Below, one piece after another: positions 46,904 through 58,665 of a DNA stretch of 64,000 nt; position 1 is the first letter of the stretch; every line of letters begins with the position of its first letter. This DNA comes from Felis catus (Eukaryota), in assembly GCF_018350175.1 (NCBI RefSeq), contig NC_058373.1, forward strand, positions 137,826,001 to 137,890,000, written 5' to 3'. The translations under genes and the position numbers were made by a program. Below the pieces are notes generated by a model that was given only the letters and a program-made list of their open reading frames with translations, did no database searches and was not told the DNA's origin.

Positions 46904-49900
46904 AAAGACTATTGACCCCAAGTGAGCCTGGGCAAATGAAGCCCCTTCATAAACTGTCAAGGGCAGGGCTTGGTCTGTCAGACACAGTGTTCATGACCAT
47001 GGTTACCAGTACTCATAGGGAGCAGGTCCTTCGCACCTCTTGAATCTCCGAAATGGCGACCCCAGTGAAATGTGAAGGAACGACCATTGTCACTCAAAGT
47101 ACTGGTTTTAATGGCCTCAGAACCCCAGGGTTTGTCAGAGTCGGGGCCCTAGGGTTCTTGGCCATGAAGACCCAAAGGGAACCACATGCTTGCTATCACT
47201 CCCCAGTCTTTATTTTTAGGGGAATACCGAAGAAAACTCTAGATAAATTTTTTATGCAGAGCCAGCCCCCAGCTCCGTTTTAGTCATCAAGGCCTCATTG
47301 AAATGCTCAGAGGTTTGGTAGCTTCAGACAGGGCTGACTGAGAAGGATTTCACTTCCTTTACTAGCACGTTGATTGGTTGATTGGTGGGTTGGTGGGTTG
47401 GTTGGTTTTTTTATTCTTCATCGATTCTTCATTGATTCATTGATTCATTCACTTATCACTTATTTATTCAACAACACTTGCTGGATACAGGTGCACTAGG
47501 GCTATGTAAAAACCTAAGGCCTGGTTCAAAGTCATATGTTGGTGGGAGGGGGGGGCAAGATAGCATATAAAGGCCATGCAGTGGGTGGGATTATGCCAGG
47601 AGTGGAGGCAGGATAGTTGCTGCAGGGAGCACCAGAGCAAGAGAGGGGTCAGCTCCCTCTGGGGAGGTTGAAACCGCCAGACAGTGAGGTCAAGGGCTGC
47701 CTAGGGCCCGCCTCGGGTCCCCCAGACCCTAGGGTCCCCCTGGGAGGGGGATAGGGATAGGGAGGCGTCCAGAGAGAATGAAGTAAGGCAGGAAACTGCA
47801 AGGCATTTGCAGAGCTTAGACCATAAATGGAGAGAAGGCCTGTAAGAGCCAAGGCTGGACAAATAATGATGGTAATTATTGTTAGTAAAAATAGCACTGC
47901 CTAACATTTATTCAGTTAGTCGAATAGCAACATTTATTGGGTGGTTGAGAACACTGTATCCCGTAGTGTTTGGGCGGATCGATTTTATTCTGCTTTTCTA
48001 GCAAGGCCCTCAGATGGTGGCTCCAATGCTTAGACTCCCACCTTCTAGAGCGGATACCACACCGCCCGGGTAGAACTTGCGAAGGAGATGGCCCATAACT
48101 GATTTCAGGACCTCTGTCCGTCCATCTGCCCCAGAACGCAAAAGAGAGGCCAGGAGGTGGGAGGATTCCTTCAACGAAGGGGTCCCTGGCGGTGAGCACT
48201 TCCCCACTCCTACCTTTAATCCCCCCTCCAACCGGGGACACACGGGTGGTGCTTTTGTCTCCAAGGAAGCCTCAGGGAGACCGTCGTGTGTCTTCCACAG
48301 TTCCGGAGGCGCAGTGGCCCGGGGCGTGGCTCACCCTCAAGAGGGCTCAAGGGCTATTTAAGAGGCCGCTGGAGCGGCTTTGGCGGGCGAGGAGGGAGCA
48401 GCACAACAGTGCTTGTGTTGATAATGGGACAGAGCGTGCAGAAGTGTTCCCCGGGGACCGCGATGCTTCTAGCCAATCGCTCCCTGGCCGAGGGAGAAGC
48501 AGCTTTAACTCTGAATGAAGTAAAGAGTTTTGATCACTGTACTGAATGAACCCAATATGTACTCAAATGAAACACTGTGATTCTTATTATCAGTGGCGTT
48601 GTCCCCCAGTGAGCAGGTAAGCCAGGTAGGGCTGCGCAAGATTTCATCAAGGGGCGGGAACCAGCCCCCAAGAGCCGTGGAAGCCACGGTGCAGTGACCC
48701 AGTACTCACACACTTTTCAGCCCTGCCACGTGATGGGCCAGGTACGGGCCCTCCAGCTGTCCAGTGAGGTCAGTCCTAGTATTCTTACCAGGCTACAGGT
48801 GAGGAAACTGAGGCTCAGGGTGTTGAGAGGATAGGTTGGAGGGGAGGCTTGTGGCAGCCCCAGAATCCCAACGTCGGAGAGGCGGACGGGTCTCCCTGCC
48901 AGTGGAGGAGGAGATCGGAGACGGGTCATGAGGCTGTTGCCTGTCCCCAAGACCAGCAGGCTGTCCTCCTTGATGTTACATGGAGTGGCTTGGGAGGGCG
49001 GAGGCTGGTAGAGACTGAGGCTGGAGACGATTAAGCACCCCCACCCAGAGTTGGCTTTGGGGCTCCCCCTGGACGAGATCCAGGGCACCGCAACAGATCT
49101 GGGTGTGCGGACGGGCCCTGCCCTTGCGACGGAAATCCCAGATGGAATTCAGGAGACGCCAGAGGTCAGAAATGAAGCCCAGAGCGAGGCTGGAGAGAAG
49201 ACAGCTTGCGGGAAGATGCCCAGACTTTTGCTTCTGAAAAGAAGCAAGTTTCACGCAGGTGGGGAGAAAAAGCCTAACGACCATGGAGCAGGGGGCCTCA
49301 GAGAATCGGTGGGGGGGGATGAGGCATCTAGAAACCTGAGCCCCCCGGGGAATGGAGACTGGGCTACCGTTGTCCTCTGCAGGGCCCGGGCCGGGGAGGC
49401 GGGGTGGGATTGAGCTGGGGAAGATGACACAGTGGGAAAACCTTGGCCCAGAACAGCTCCTCAGCAACCCCCTCTCCTGGTACCAGTTGCCTTCCGGTTC
49501 CTTCTTTGTCTAGCTGTGTCGCCCTGGGAAACACCGCTCTAGCCTTTAGACACCCTTCAGATGTTGACACAGGTTGGGAGAGTAAACCAAGGGCCCATCC
49601 CTAGAAGCTCACTGCCGCCAAAGGTTGTTTCGGGCCCCTTTCCATAAAGGGGGTAGTCCCGCCCCCACCCTCGGCCCCCACCACACCTGCTTGGCCGGGA
49701 CTCCAGGAAGCAGCCTTTAGATTCTACACGATAGCCCTTATTTGTTTAACATTTTACGGGCCCCACCTGGCTCCACGGATATTTGCAAGTGTCCATTATA
49801 TGGCCAAAAGGCCCCAGCTAAGCCTCCAGCGTCCGCAACAATTTTGCACATCAGCCTCCCTCACTGGCGGGAGCAACTGGGCCCTTTACAGCCCAGGGTG

Positions 49901-50708
49901 CAGAGGACAAAGATTTGGACATGTCTGCCGTCCCAGTCTTACCGATCACAGTGGGGCCTTGGGCACGTCACTATGTCCCTCTTATGAACAGTTTTCTCTT
50001 CTGTGAAACGGGGGTGTAATTCTTACCCCGGGGTCTTAGAAGATGTTTCTGAAGATCAGAGGAGACAAAAAGTAGGGCTTCACTAGCGGTAAAATCCGTG
50101 CGCGAGCAAAGGCCTGGGTGTTCTTCTAAACCTACAAACACGTAGGTCCTTCTCCTCTTAATATTTTACTGTGGTACTTGGGTGGGTGTGAATGGATTCT
50201 GAGCTGTGTATGGGTGTAGAATCAGAGAACAGTGCGGGGTGGGGGGGGTGGGCGGTGTTCTCGGGACCCTTCTGGTCCCCCAGCCTGGTCAGAGAAGGTG
50301 GCCGGGTCCACACAAACCACACCCAGGGCAGATGTGACTGATGTGGCTTTTCATCAGCCGCTGGGACCTGAAACCCTCCAACACCCTGGGGGTGGGTGTT
50401 ACATGTGAATTGCCTGGTCCAGACTCAGGCAGCTGATGAGTAGCAGAGCTGGGATTTAGAGGCTGCCCACCTTAGTGCCCAAGCTCCTTCCCCTAACCCC
50501 CACTTTCCAGCATCAACACACCCCCACTCCGTCACTGTGTGAGGGACGACACCTCGGCTGGTGGCACACAGGAGGCTGGCAATCCAGAGCCTCTTGTTCA
50601 AGAATCAGAGCCTCTATGGATACTTATTTCTTGGACAACTGACGCTTTTTTAAAAAACCTTGATCGCTTTTTAGGTTTTTTTTTTTTTTTTTGCTTAAAA
50701 AGCTTTCT

Positions 50709-50937
50709 TTTAAAAAAAAATTTAAATGTCTATTTATTTTTGAGAAAGACAGAGACAGAACATGAGTGGGGCAGGAGCAGAGAGAGAGAGAGAGAGAGGG
50801 AGACACAGAATCGGAAGCGGGCTCCAGGCTCTGAGCCATCAGCACAGAGCCCGACGCGGGGCTCGAACTCACGGACCGTGAGATCCTGACCTGAGCCGAA
50901 GTCAGAGGCTCAACCGACTGAACCACCCAGTCACCCC
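50709..50937 (-). mobile_element. Can-SINE
   Basis: TSD aaaaagctttct at 50697-50708 and 50943-50954. Confidence 0.95.
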
Positions 50938-52059
50938 TGGTGAAAAAGCTTTCTAAATCATATTATACATGTCCCTACCTCCTCAGCAAAATACAGACAA
51001 CCCTGAAGTTTGTAATAAATTTGATTTCCAATGCAAAGATACTGCACTGAAGTAACATCAAACAAATCTCATTTTTCCGTGTAAATGGTGTCATAATGAT
51101 GGGCTATGTCCCTCACCAAGGATCCGAGGCCCCATTTTAGTAACAATGAACACAAGTTTAGCTAACCATTAATCAATATAGTTAGCTGTTGTATCCCTAA
51201 TATCTCATACAGCGCCCTCACACCTAGTAGGTGCTCAGTAAGCCTTTGCTGAATCAATAAAAGAATGAATATGTATTAGATGACACAAAGCTATAAAATA
51301 AAATATAGCAATCAATAACAATACTTACTATGTCCCCCAGGAGAGGGGCTGGGTGCCACTGGCACCCTGAGATGTAAGATGTGCAGGGGCTGGAAAAATT
51401 ATCTGGAGCAGGAGGGAAAGGTAGCTGTGTCTGTAAGCAGGACCCAAAACTTTTAGGTTGTCTATTTCCTCTTGAGTCAGTTTTAATAGGTGGTGCTTTC
51501 CAAGTAATCTGTCCATTTTATCCAAGTTGTCAAATACATCGATCAGCATAAATTTATTCATTATTATCCATTGAATCTTTGTAGCATGTGCAGCAATGAT
51601 CCATCTTTCATTCCTGATAAGCTGTGTTGTTTTTTCCCCCACTTTCTTTTCTTTGTCAATCCAGCTGGGGATGTATATGTTCTCTTCATCTTTTCAAAGA
51701 AACACCTTTTGACCTGCCTGATATTTGCAACTGTTTGCTTTTGGTTTCGCTGATTTCTGTGCATCTTTTTATAATGAACTTTGTTCAAGTTCAGTCTGCT
51801 CCTTTTTTTTTTTCTAACTTTTAACAAGCTTAGATCACAAACTTTAAAACTTTATTCTTTTTAAAGTATAAACATTTAAAGGTACACCTGTCCCTACAGG
51901 AAGTGTTTTACCTGCATTCTACATATGTCCTCTTGTTACCTTTTCATTATGATTCAGGTTGAAATATTTTCTTATTCCCTTTGTGATTTCTTCTGTGACT
52001 CATGGGTAGAAGTGCTGAAGAAAATAAAAAAAACAAAAGGTTAACTAAAGAAGGATCAG

Positions 52060-52573
52060 TATTGCTGCTGCTCTGATCCATACTAGAGCCTGAGGTAAAA
52101 GGAAAAATCAGAGGGGCGCCTGGGTGGCGCAGTCGGTTGAGCGTCCGACTTCAGCCAGGTCACGATCTCGCGGTCCGGGAGTTCGAGCCCCGCGTCGGGC
52201 TCTGGGCTGATGGCTCGGAGCCTGGAGCCTGTTTCCGATTCTGTGTCTCCCTCTCTCTCTGCCCCTCCCCCGTTCATGCTCTGTCTCTCTCTGTCCCAAA
52301 AATGAATAAACGTTGAAAAAAAAAATTTTTTTTTAAAAAGGAAAATCAGAAATACTGATCCTGTCTTTATTTAAAATTTGGGTGTTTGGATCTTCATGGA
52401 TTTTTTGCATTAACTGTGATTTTTTTTAAATTTAAAGTTTTACTTTTTTTTTTTAAATAAGGCAATTTATTGCTTTAAAATATTAATGATCTTGATTGCA
52501 GAGTTTGTTGGTGAAGCTTTACATTTTGTACCCAGGGTGAGCACCTCACTTGCCTTATACTTATCCTGGCCCT
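52060..52573 (-). mobile_element. Charlie4z-like hAT element interrupted by a SINE
   Basis: gagcctgaggtaaaaggaaaaatcag[SINE]aatactgatcctgtctttattt...cacctcacttgcc...cctggccctg matches the recalled Charlie4z consensus. Confidence 0.65.
52113..52334 (+). mobile_element. Young SINEC_Fc
   Basis: Near-consensus. TSD aaaaggaaaa(a)tcaga on both sides. Confidence 0.97.
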
Positions 52574-53691
52574 GGTTCTATCAGTTGTTGATGGAGTGAT
52601 TGTCCAAATCTTCAACTGTGATTGTGAATTTGCTTATTTCTCCCTTTAATTCTGTGAATTTTTGCTTTACCTGTATTGAAGCTCTATTATTCATACGTAT
52701 ATTTTTAAGGTTATTATGATTTTTAAAAAATGAATGGATCCTCCTAACATTATGCAATGTTCCTCCTTGTCTTTGGCAATATACCTTGACTTGAACTCTA
52801 TGCTGTCTGATATTAGTATATTGACAATAGCTTTTTTATGCTTAGTGTTTCCCTGTTATGCATTTTTTCGATCATTTGAATTTCACATCATCTTCCTTCT
52901 TTATGTTGAGAGTTCTCTTTTGTCAACAACGCAGAGTTGGGTCTTGCTTTAATTTTTCATTGTTTACTCTTTGATCCAGTCTGACAACTCTATCTCTCGG
53001 TTGAAGTGTTTATTTTACCTGCAAAGGCATTACTGATATGGTCGGGTGTAGGCTTTCATTTTCTACTTGTTGTATTTTATTTTTTGTTCTTTGGGTTTTT
53101 TTTTTTTTTGTCTTTTTCCCTCTGTTTCTTTATTTCTCATTTTGACTTTTCTTTTGAGATCACAGAATATTTTTCAGTGTTCCGTCTCCCCCTCGTCTAT
53201 TGACATTTTAGTATTTGTCTCAGTTCTTAGTGGGTACTTCAGGTATTATTACACAAACTCTGAATTTATCATGGCTCAGCCTGAATTAACATTACACCAT
53301 TTCACGTAAAACACAAGAACTACAATGAATGGCGGAAATCTGTTTACTTTTCTCCCGTCCTTTGTCGTATAGTTTACTTCTTCACAAGTTATAGTCCTGT
53401 CGTATAGTTTACTTCTTCACAAGTTATAAACCCTACAATACACTTAAGATGTGTTTGCCTTGTGTGCTTAAGCGTCTTTTAAAGACATTAAGAAAAATAG
53501 TCCTTCTATTTACCTTCATACTTAACATTGTTAGTATTCCTCTTTCCTTCCTTGAGATTTGTATCTCTATCTGTATCAGTTCTCGTTAGCCTGAAAAACA
53601 TACTTTAAGACTCTTTGTGAGGTGTGGGTCTTCCAGCAGTGAATTCTCTCGGCTCTTGTGTATCTGAGGGTGTCTTAATTTCCGTGCATTT

Positions 53692-53904
53692 TAAAAATAT
53701 ATATATTGATTTTGAGAGAGAGAGAGACAGAGCACGAGCAGGGGAAGGCAGAGAGAGACAGGGAGAGAGAGAATCCCAAGCAGGCTCTGCACTGCCGGCC
53801 CAGAGCCCAGTGCAGGGTTCAATTCCACGAACCAGAAGATCATGACCTGAGCCGAGATCGAGAGTTGGACACTCAACCGACTGTTGTGTCCACCGAGGTG
53901 CCCC
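53692..53904 (-). mobile_element. Older Can-SINE
   Basis: Antisense and diverged, ending ccaccgaggtgcccc. Confidence 0.9.
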
Positions 53905-54551
53905 CGTTTCCCTAGATTTTTGAAGAAAACTTTTACCGGCTGCAAAATTCTAGGTCGGCAGATATCTTCCTTCACACTTGTAAAGCTGAAAATCCATTGT
54001 CTTCTGTCCCTTTTTGATTGAGAAGGCAGCTGTCACTCCCATTAGTGTTGCCCTGTGCTTAATGTATCTTCTTTTTAATCCCGGAGGCTTTTAAGTGTTT
54101 GTCTAGCTTTCATTTTCAGACATTTTGATCGTGATGTGGACGTCTTCACCTTTTTCTTGCTTGGGGTTTGTTGACCTTTTCGGGACTTGTAGTTTATTGG
54201 CAATTGGAGAAGAAAAAAAAATGTGGCCATTGTTTCTCCTTGTATTTTTTTTCTGTCCCCTTACCTCCCTCTTCTTAAGAGACTCTGGTTGAACATACGG
54301 TAACCTGCAGGATAGGTCCCAGTGACTATTCATCCAGTCTGAATCGTTTCTATTGTTTTCTTCAAGTTCACTGGTCATTTTTTCTGTTATGTCTAACCTG
54401 CTTTAAGCCCGTTCAATAAATTTTTACAGCTTTATTGATGTGTAGGTGACATATAATAAATTACGCATATCTAAAGTGTACACTTTGAAGAATTTTGACA
54501 TAAGTAACAACCCTAAAACCGTCACTGCAGTTAAGAAAATGGATTTAGATA

Positions 54552-54786
54552 GGGGGCGCCTGGGTGGCACAGTCGGTTAAGCGTCCGACTTCAGCCAGGT
54601 CATGATCTCGCAGTCCGGGAGTTCGAGCCCCGCGTCAGGCTCTGGGCTGATGGCTCAGAGCCTGGAGCCTGTTTCCGATTCTGTGTCTCCCTCTCTCTCT
54701 GCCGCTCCCCCGTTCATGCTCTGTCTCTCTCTGTCCCAAAAATAAATAAACGTTGAAAAAAAAATTGTTAAAAAAAAAATAAAAAA
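54552..54786 (+). mobile_element. Young SINEC_Fc (tandem copy A)
   Basis: Full length, flanked by aagaaaatggattta. Confidence 0.97.
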
Positions 54787-54801
54787 AAGAAAATGGATTT
54801 A

Positions 54802-55040
54802 GGGGCTCCTGGGTGGCGCAGTCGGTTAAGCGTCCGACTTCAGCCAGGTCACGATCTCGCGGTCTGGGAGTTCGAGCCCCGCGTCGGGCTCTGGGCTGAT
54901 GGCTCGGAGCCTGGAGCCTGTTTCCGATTCTGTGTCTCCCTCTCTCTCTGCCCCTCCCCCGTTCATGCTCTGTCTCTCTCTGTCCCAAAAATAAATTAAA
55001 AAAAAAGTTGAAAAAAATTAAAAAAAAAAAAGAAAGAAAA
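54802..55040 (+). mobile_element. Young SINEC_Fc (tandem copy B)
   Basis: Full length, flanked by aagaaaatggattta. Confidence 0.97.
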
Positions 55041-55699
55041 AAGAAAATGGATTTATTCATTGCCCCAAAAGTTTCTTTGTGTTTCTTTGAAACACATTCC
55101 CATATCATGCCCTCCATCCCCAGGTAGCCACTGACCTGCTTTCTGTCACTACGGATTAGTTTGCATTTTCTAGCATCTTATATAATCGGAATTGGGCGGT
55201 GTTTTTTTCTTTCTGGATCTTTCTTGTGGCATGATTAGTTTGCACTTCACCCATGCTGTTGCAGGGGGGCAAGGGTACATTCTTTTTTATTGCTGCGTAG
55301 TATTCTGCTATATGGATACGCCACAGTTCGCTTATCCATTCATCTACGATGGACACGAGTTGTTTTCAGGTATTGGCTATTACAAAGAAACAAAAAACCA
55401 AAAAACCCTGCTGTGAGCATTCATGTATCGGTCTTTGTGTGGAAGTAGGCTTGCGTTTCTCTTGCATAAATTCCTGGGAGAATGGCTGGATCACACACAG
55501 GTATGTGTTTAGCTTGAAACCACCAAAGTGTGGTTCCAAAATGGTTATACCCTTTTATAGTCCCACCCACCGTGCATGAAGGTTCCTGTTGCTCTGAACC
55601 CTTGGCCATGCTTGGTATAGTCAGTATTAAAGGAATGAAGAACACCAGAAATGATAAATACATGGGTGATTGTAATTTTTTTTTCTTTTGAGGAATTCC

Positions 55700-57116
55700 T
55701 TTATTTTATTTTATTTTTTAACATACAGGGCAATATTGGTTTCAGGAGTAGAATTCAGTGATTCATCACTTACATACGACACAAAGTGCTCATCATTATA
55801 AGGGCTCCCCCCTTAATTGCCATCCCCCACCTAGCCCATCCCCCACCCCCCTCCCTCCAGCAACCCTCTGTTTGTTCTCTATGGTAAAGAGTCTCTTATG
55901 GTTTGTTTCCCTCTCTCTTTTTTCTTTTTTCCCCTCCCGTGTGTTCGTCTGTTTCTTAAGCTCCGCATACAAGTGAAATCACTCGGACTCTTTCCGTAGT
56001 TTGGCTAGTGTTGATAATGCTGCCGTAAACATCTGGGTGCGTGTACCCTTTTGATTCTATATTTTTGTGACCTTTGGGTAAATACCAAGTGTTGCAATTG
56101 CTGAATGGTAGGATAGTTTTATTTTTCACTTTTTGAGGAACCTCCGTACTCTTTTCCAAGAGTGGCTGCATCAGTTTGCATTCCTACCAAGAGTGCAAGA
56201 GGGGTCCCCTTTCTCCACCTTCTCGCCAACACCTGTTATTTCTTGTGCTGTTAATTTTAGTCATTCCGAGGTGTGAGGTGGTATCTGAGTGTGGTTTTGA
56301 CTTGTATTTCCCTGATGATGAGTGATGTTGAGCATCTTTTTATGTGTCCGCTGGCCATCTGGATGTCTTCTTAGGAAAAATGTCTATTCATGTTCTCTGC
56401 CCATTTCTTAACTGGATTATTTCTTTTCTGGGTGTTGAGTTTGATAAATTCTTTATAGATTTCAGATACTAATTCTTTATCATAGAGGTCATTAGCAAAT
56501 ACCTTTTCTCATTCCGTAGGCCGCCTTTTAGTTTTGTTGACAGTTTCGCCTTGCCATGCGGAAGTTTTTATCTTGATGAAGTCTCAACAGTTCAGTTTTG
56601 CTTTTGTTTCCTTTGCCCCCAGCGATGTGTCTAGTAAAAAGTTGCTTGGGCCAAAGTCAAAGAGGTTGCTCCCTGTTTTCTCCTTCAGGATTTTGATGGT
56701 TTCCTGTCTCACGTTTAGGTCTTTCATCCATTTTGAATTTATTTTTGCGTATGGGGTAAGCAAGTGGTCCAGGTTCACTCTTCCGCATGTTTCTGTCCAG
56801 TTTTCCCAACACCATGTGTTGAAGAGACTGTCTTTTTTCCATTGGACATTTTTCCTGCTTTGTCGAAGATTAGCTGACCATACACAGCTGTGGGTTCATT
56901 TCTGGGTGTTCCATTCTGTTCCATTGATCTCTGTGTCTGATTTTGTGAAAATCAGACCATCCTGTCTTGAAGCCTCCAGCTTCGTAAAACAGCTTGAAGT
57001 CTGGAGTCATGATGCCTCCAGCTTCCCTTTTCTGTTTCAGGATTACTTTGGCTGCTCAGGGTCTTTTGTGGTTCCATACAAATTTTGCAATTATTTGTTC
57101 TCTGAAAAATCCCTTT
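55700..57116 (-). mobile_element. Carnivore-lineage L1, 5'-truncated (ORF2 C-terminus + 3' UTR), frameshifted
   Basis: The ORF remnant MNLDHLLTPYAKINSKWMKDLNVRQETIKILKEKTGSNLFD (56584-56778) is L1 ORF2-like. Carnivore L1 3' UTR at 55720-55980. Confidence 0.92.
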
Positions 57117-57131
57117 AAAAGATAATTGACT

Positions 57132-57356
57132 GGGGCACCTGGGTGGCTCAGTCGATTAAGCATCTGACTTTGGCTCAGGTCATGGTCTCCCGGTTTGTGG
57201 GTTCGACCCCTGCCTTGGGCTCTGTGCCGGCAGCTCAGAGCCTGGAGCCTGCTTCATAATCTGTGTCTCCCTCTCCCTCTGCCCCTCCCCTGCTCACATT
57301 GTGTGTGTGTGTGTGTGTGTCTCAAAAATAAATAAACATTAAAATAATTTTTTAAA
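57132..57356 (+). mobile_element. Can-SINE with (GT)10 in the linker
   Basis: Head ggggcacctgggtggctcagtcg; (GT)10 at 57301-57320. Confidence 0.95.
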
Positions 57357-57372
57357 AGAAGATGATTGACTG

Positions 57373-57469
57373 TGGAGAACCTGCCTGGCTCAGTCAGTAG
57401 AGCATGTGACTCTTGATCTCAGGATCATGAGTTCAAACCCCACATTGAGCGTGGAGCTTACTTTTCATA
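57373..57469 (+). mobile_element. Short tRNA-like carnivore SINE
   Basis: ggagaacctgcctggctcagtcagtagagcatgtgactcttgatctcaggatcatgagttcaaaccccac: A and B boxes present, no CT linker. Confidence 0.85.
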
Positions 57470-57483
57470 AAAAGATAATTGCT

Positions 57484-58375
57484 TAAAGTAAAAATACTAA
57501 CACTATGGTATGTGGTTTATAACACGCATAGAAGTAAAAACGTCTGACACATTAGCACACAAAGGCCAGGAGAGAGGAAATGGACGTTCACTGCTCTATG
57601 GGTCTCATAGAATATGTGAAGCAATATAATATCATGTGAAGGGAGCCTGTGATAAGTCAGACGTGTACTACCGCCCGAAATCAACCACGAAAGCAAACAA
57701 AGAGCTATAGCTAAGAAACCAACAAAAGATATAAAATGGAATCCTAAAAACACAATCCAAAAGAAGGCAGAAAAAGAGGAAGAAGGAACAAAAAGCAAGT
57801 AGGACACCATCAGCCGGCATGGCATACTTCACGTTTCTAGAAGGCTTCACTCGTGGATGGAAGACTACACGCCCCTTTCAAATGCACGCAGGACGCATGC
57901 CAAGGCAGACCACACCGGGTTACAGACCAAGTCTCAATTCATGTCTATGGATTCTGTACTGGGGCAATTAAATGGGATTAAACTGGAAATACCCAGAAGA
58001 TGTCTGGAAAATCCCACAACATCAGAAACTAAATGATGCACTTCTCACTAGCCCACAGGCCAAAGGGGAACTCAAAAGGGAAAACCAGGAACCGAATGAA
58101 AATAAAAACACAACACAGAAACTTTCGTAAGACGCAGCTAAAGCGGTGTTTAGGGGGAAATTTATAGCTACAGTTGCCGCTAGAAAAGAAGAAAGTTCTC
58201 AAAGCAGAGACCTAGGCTCTCACCCGAACAAAGAACAGGGAGAACCAATCAAGCCCAAAGCCAGAAACAAAGAAATAATGAAATAAATTAGAAATAAGCG
58301 AAATTGAAAACTGAAGGGAGAATGAAATCAAAAGCTTTTTCCTTGAGAAGATCAATAAAATGACGTTTCCTATTT
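57484..58375 (+). mobile_element. Old L1 (inter-ORF / ORF2 N-terminal) fragment
   Basis: gataagtcagacgtgta...aaatggaatcctaaaaa...gcagctaaagcggtgtttagggggaaatttatagc...ttgagaagatcaataaaat. Confidence 0.75.
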
Positions 58376-58452
58376 TTTCGAGAGTTGGGTGTCGTCCCAT
58401 TTTCGATCGCTTTCCAGAGCCTTCAAGTGGTTTTTAAAAACGTGTTGTCCAT

Positions 58453-58665
58453 GGGGCGCCTGGGTGGCGTAGTTGGTTAAGCATCTGATTCTTGATATCG
58501 GTTCGGGTCATGATCTCAGTTCATGAGTTTGAGCCCCACATTGGGCTCCATGCTGACAATGCAGAGTCTGCTTGGGATTCTCTCTCTCTTTCTCTCTGTC
58601 CTTCCCCACTTGTGCATGCATACACTCTCTCTCTCTCCAAATCAATCAATCAATACTTGGAAAAA
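58453..58665 (+). mobile_element. Older Can-SINE
   Basis: Head ggggcgcctgggtggcgtag, tail with (TCAA)3. Confidence 0.9.

Larger units (their letters stand above)
43495..46960 (-). mobile_element. L2 LINE fragmented by later insertions
   Basis: caagtatttactgag..., gaagtgacatttgaacaaaga, gagaagccactgg / tttaagcgg...ggcatgat (joins across 44440-45905), ccaacaggcagttgg. Confidence 0.7.
51330..54420 (-). mobile_element. Old L1 (ORF1 / inter-ORF / ORF2 N-terminal region), decayed and interrupted
   Basis: The minus-strand ORF remnants IRNERWII...DNLDKMDRLLGKHHLLKLTQEEIDNLK and CFFEKMKR...LTKKRK resemble L1 ORF2. Confidence 0.8.
54420..55690 (-). mobile_element. L1M 3' end interrupted by tandem SINEs
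   Basis: cagctttattgatgtgtagg...aaagtgtacactttgaagaattttgaca and ttggctattac...gctgtgagcattcatgt. Confidence 0.75.

Noticed and set aside
55956-56842. L1 ORF2-like peptides as a functional retrotransposon or domesticated gene
   Set aside because: Frameshifted, internally deleted and 5'-truncated.
57373-57445. tRNA-like sequence (and SINE heads generally)
   Set aside because: A degenerate tRNA-derived SINE head with A-tail and TSD, without an intact acceptor stem; not a tRNA gene.
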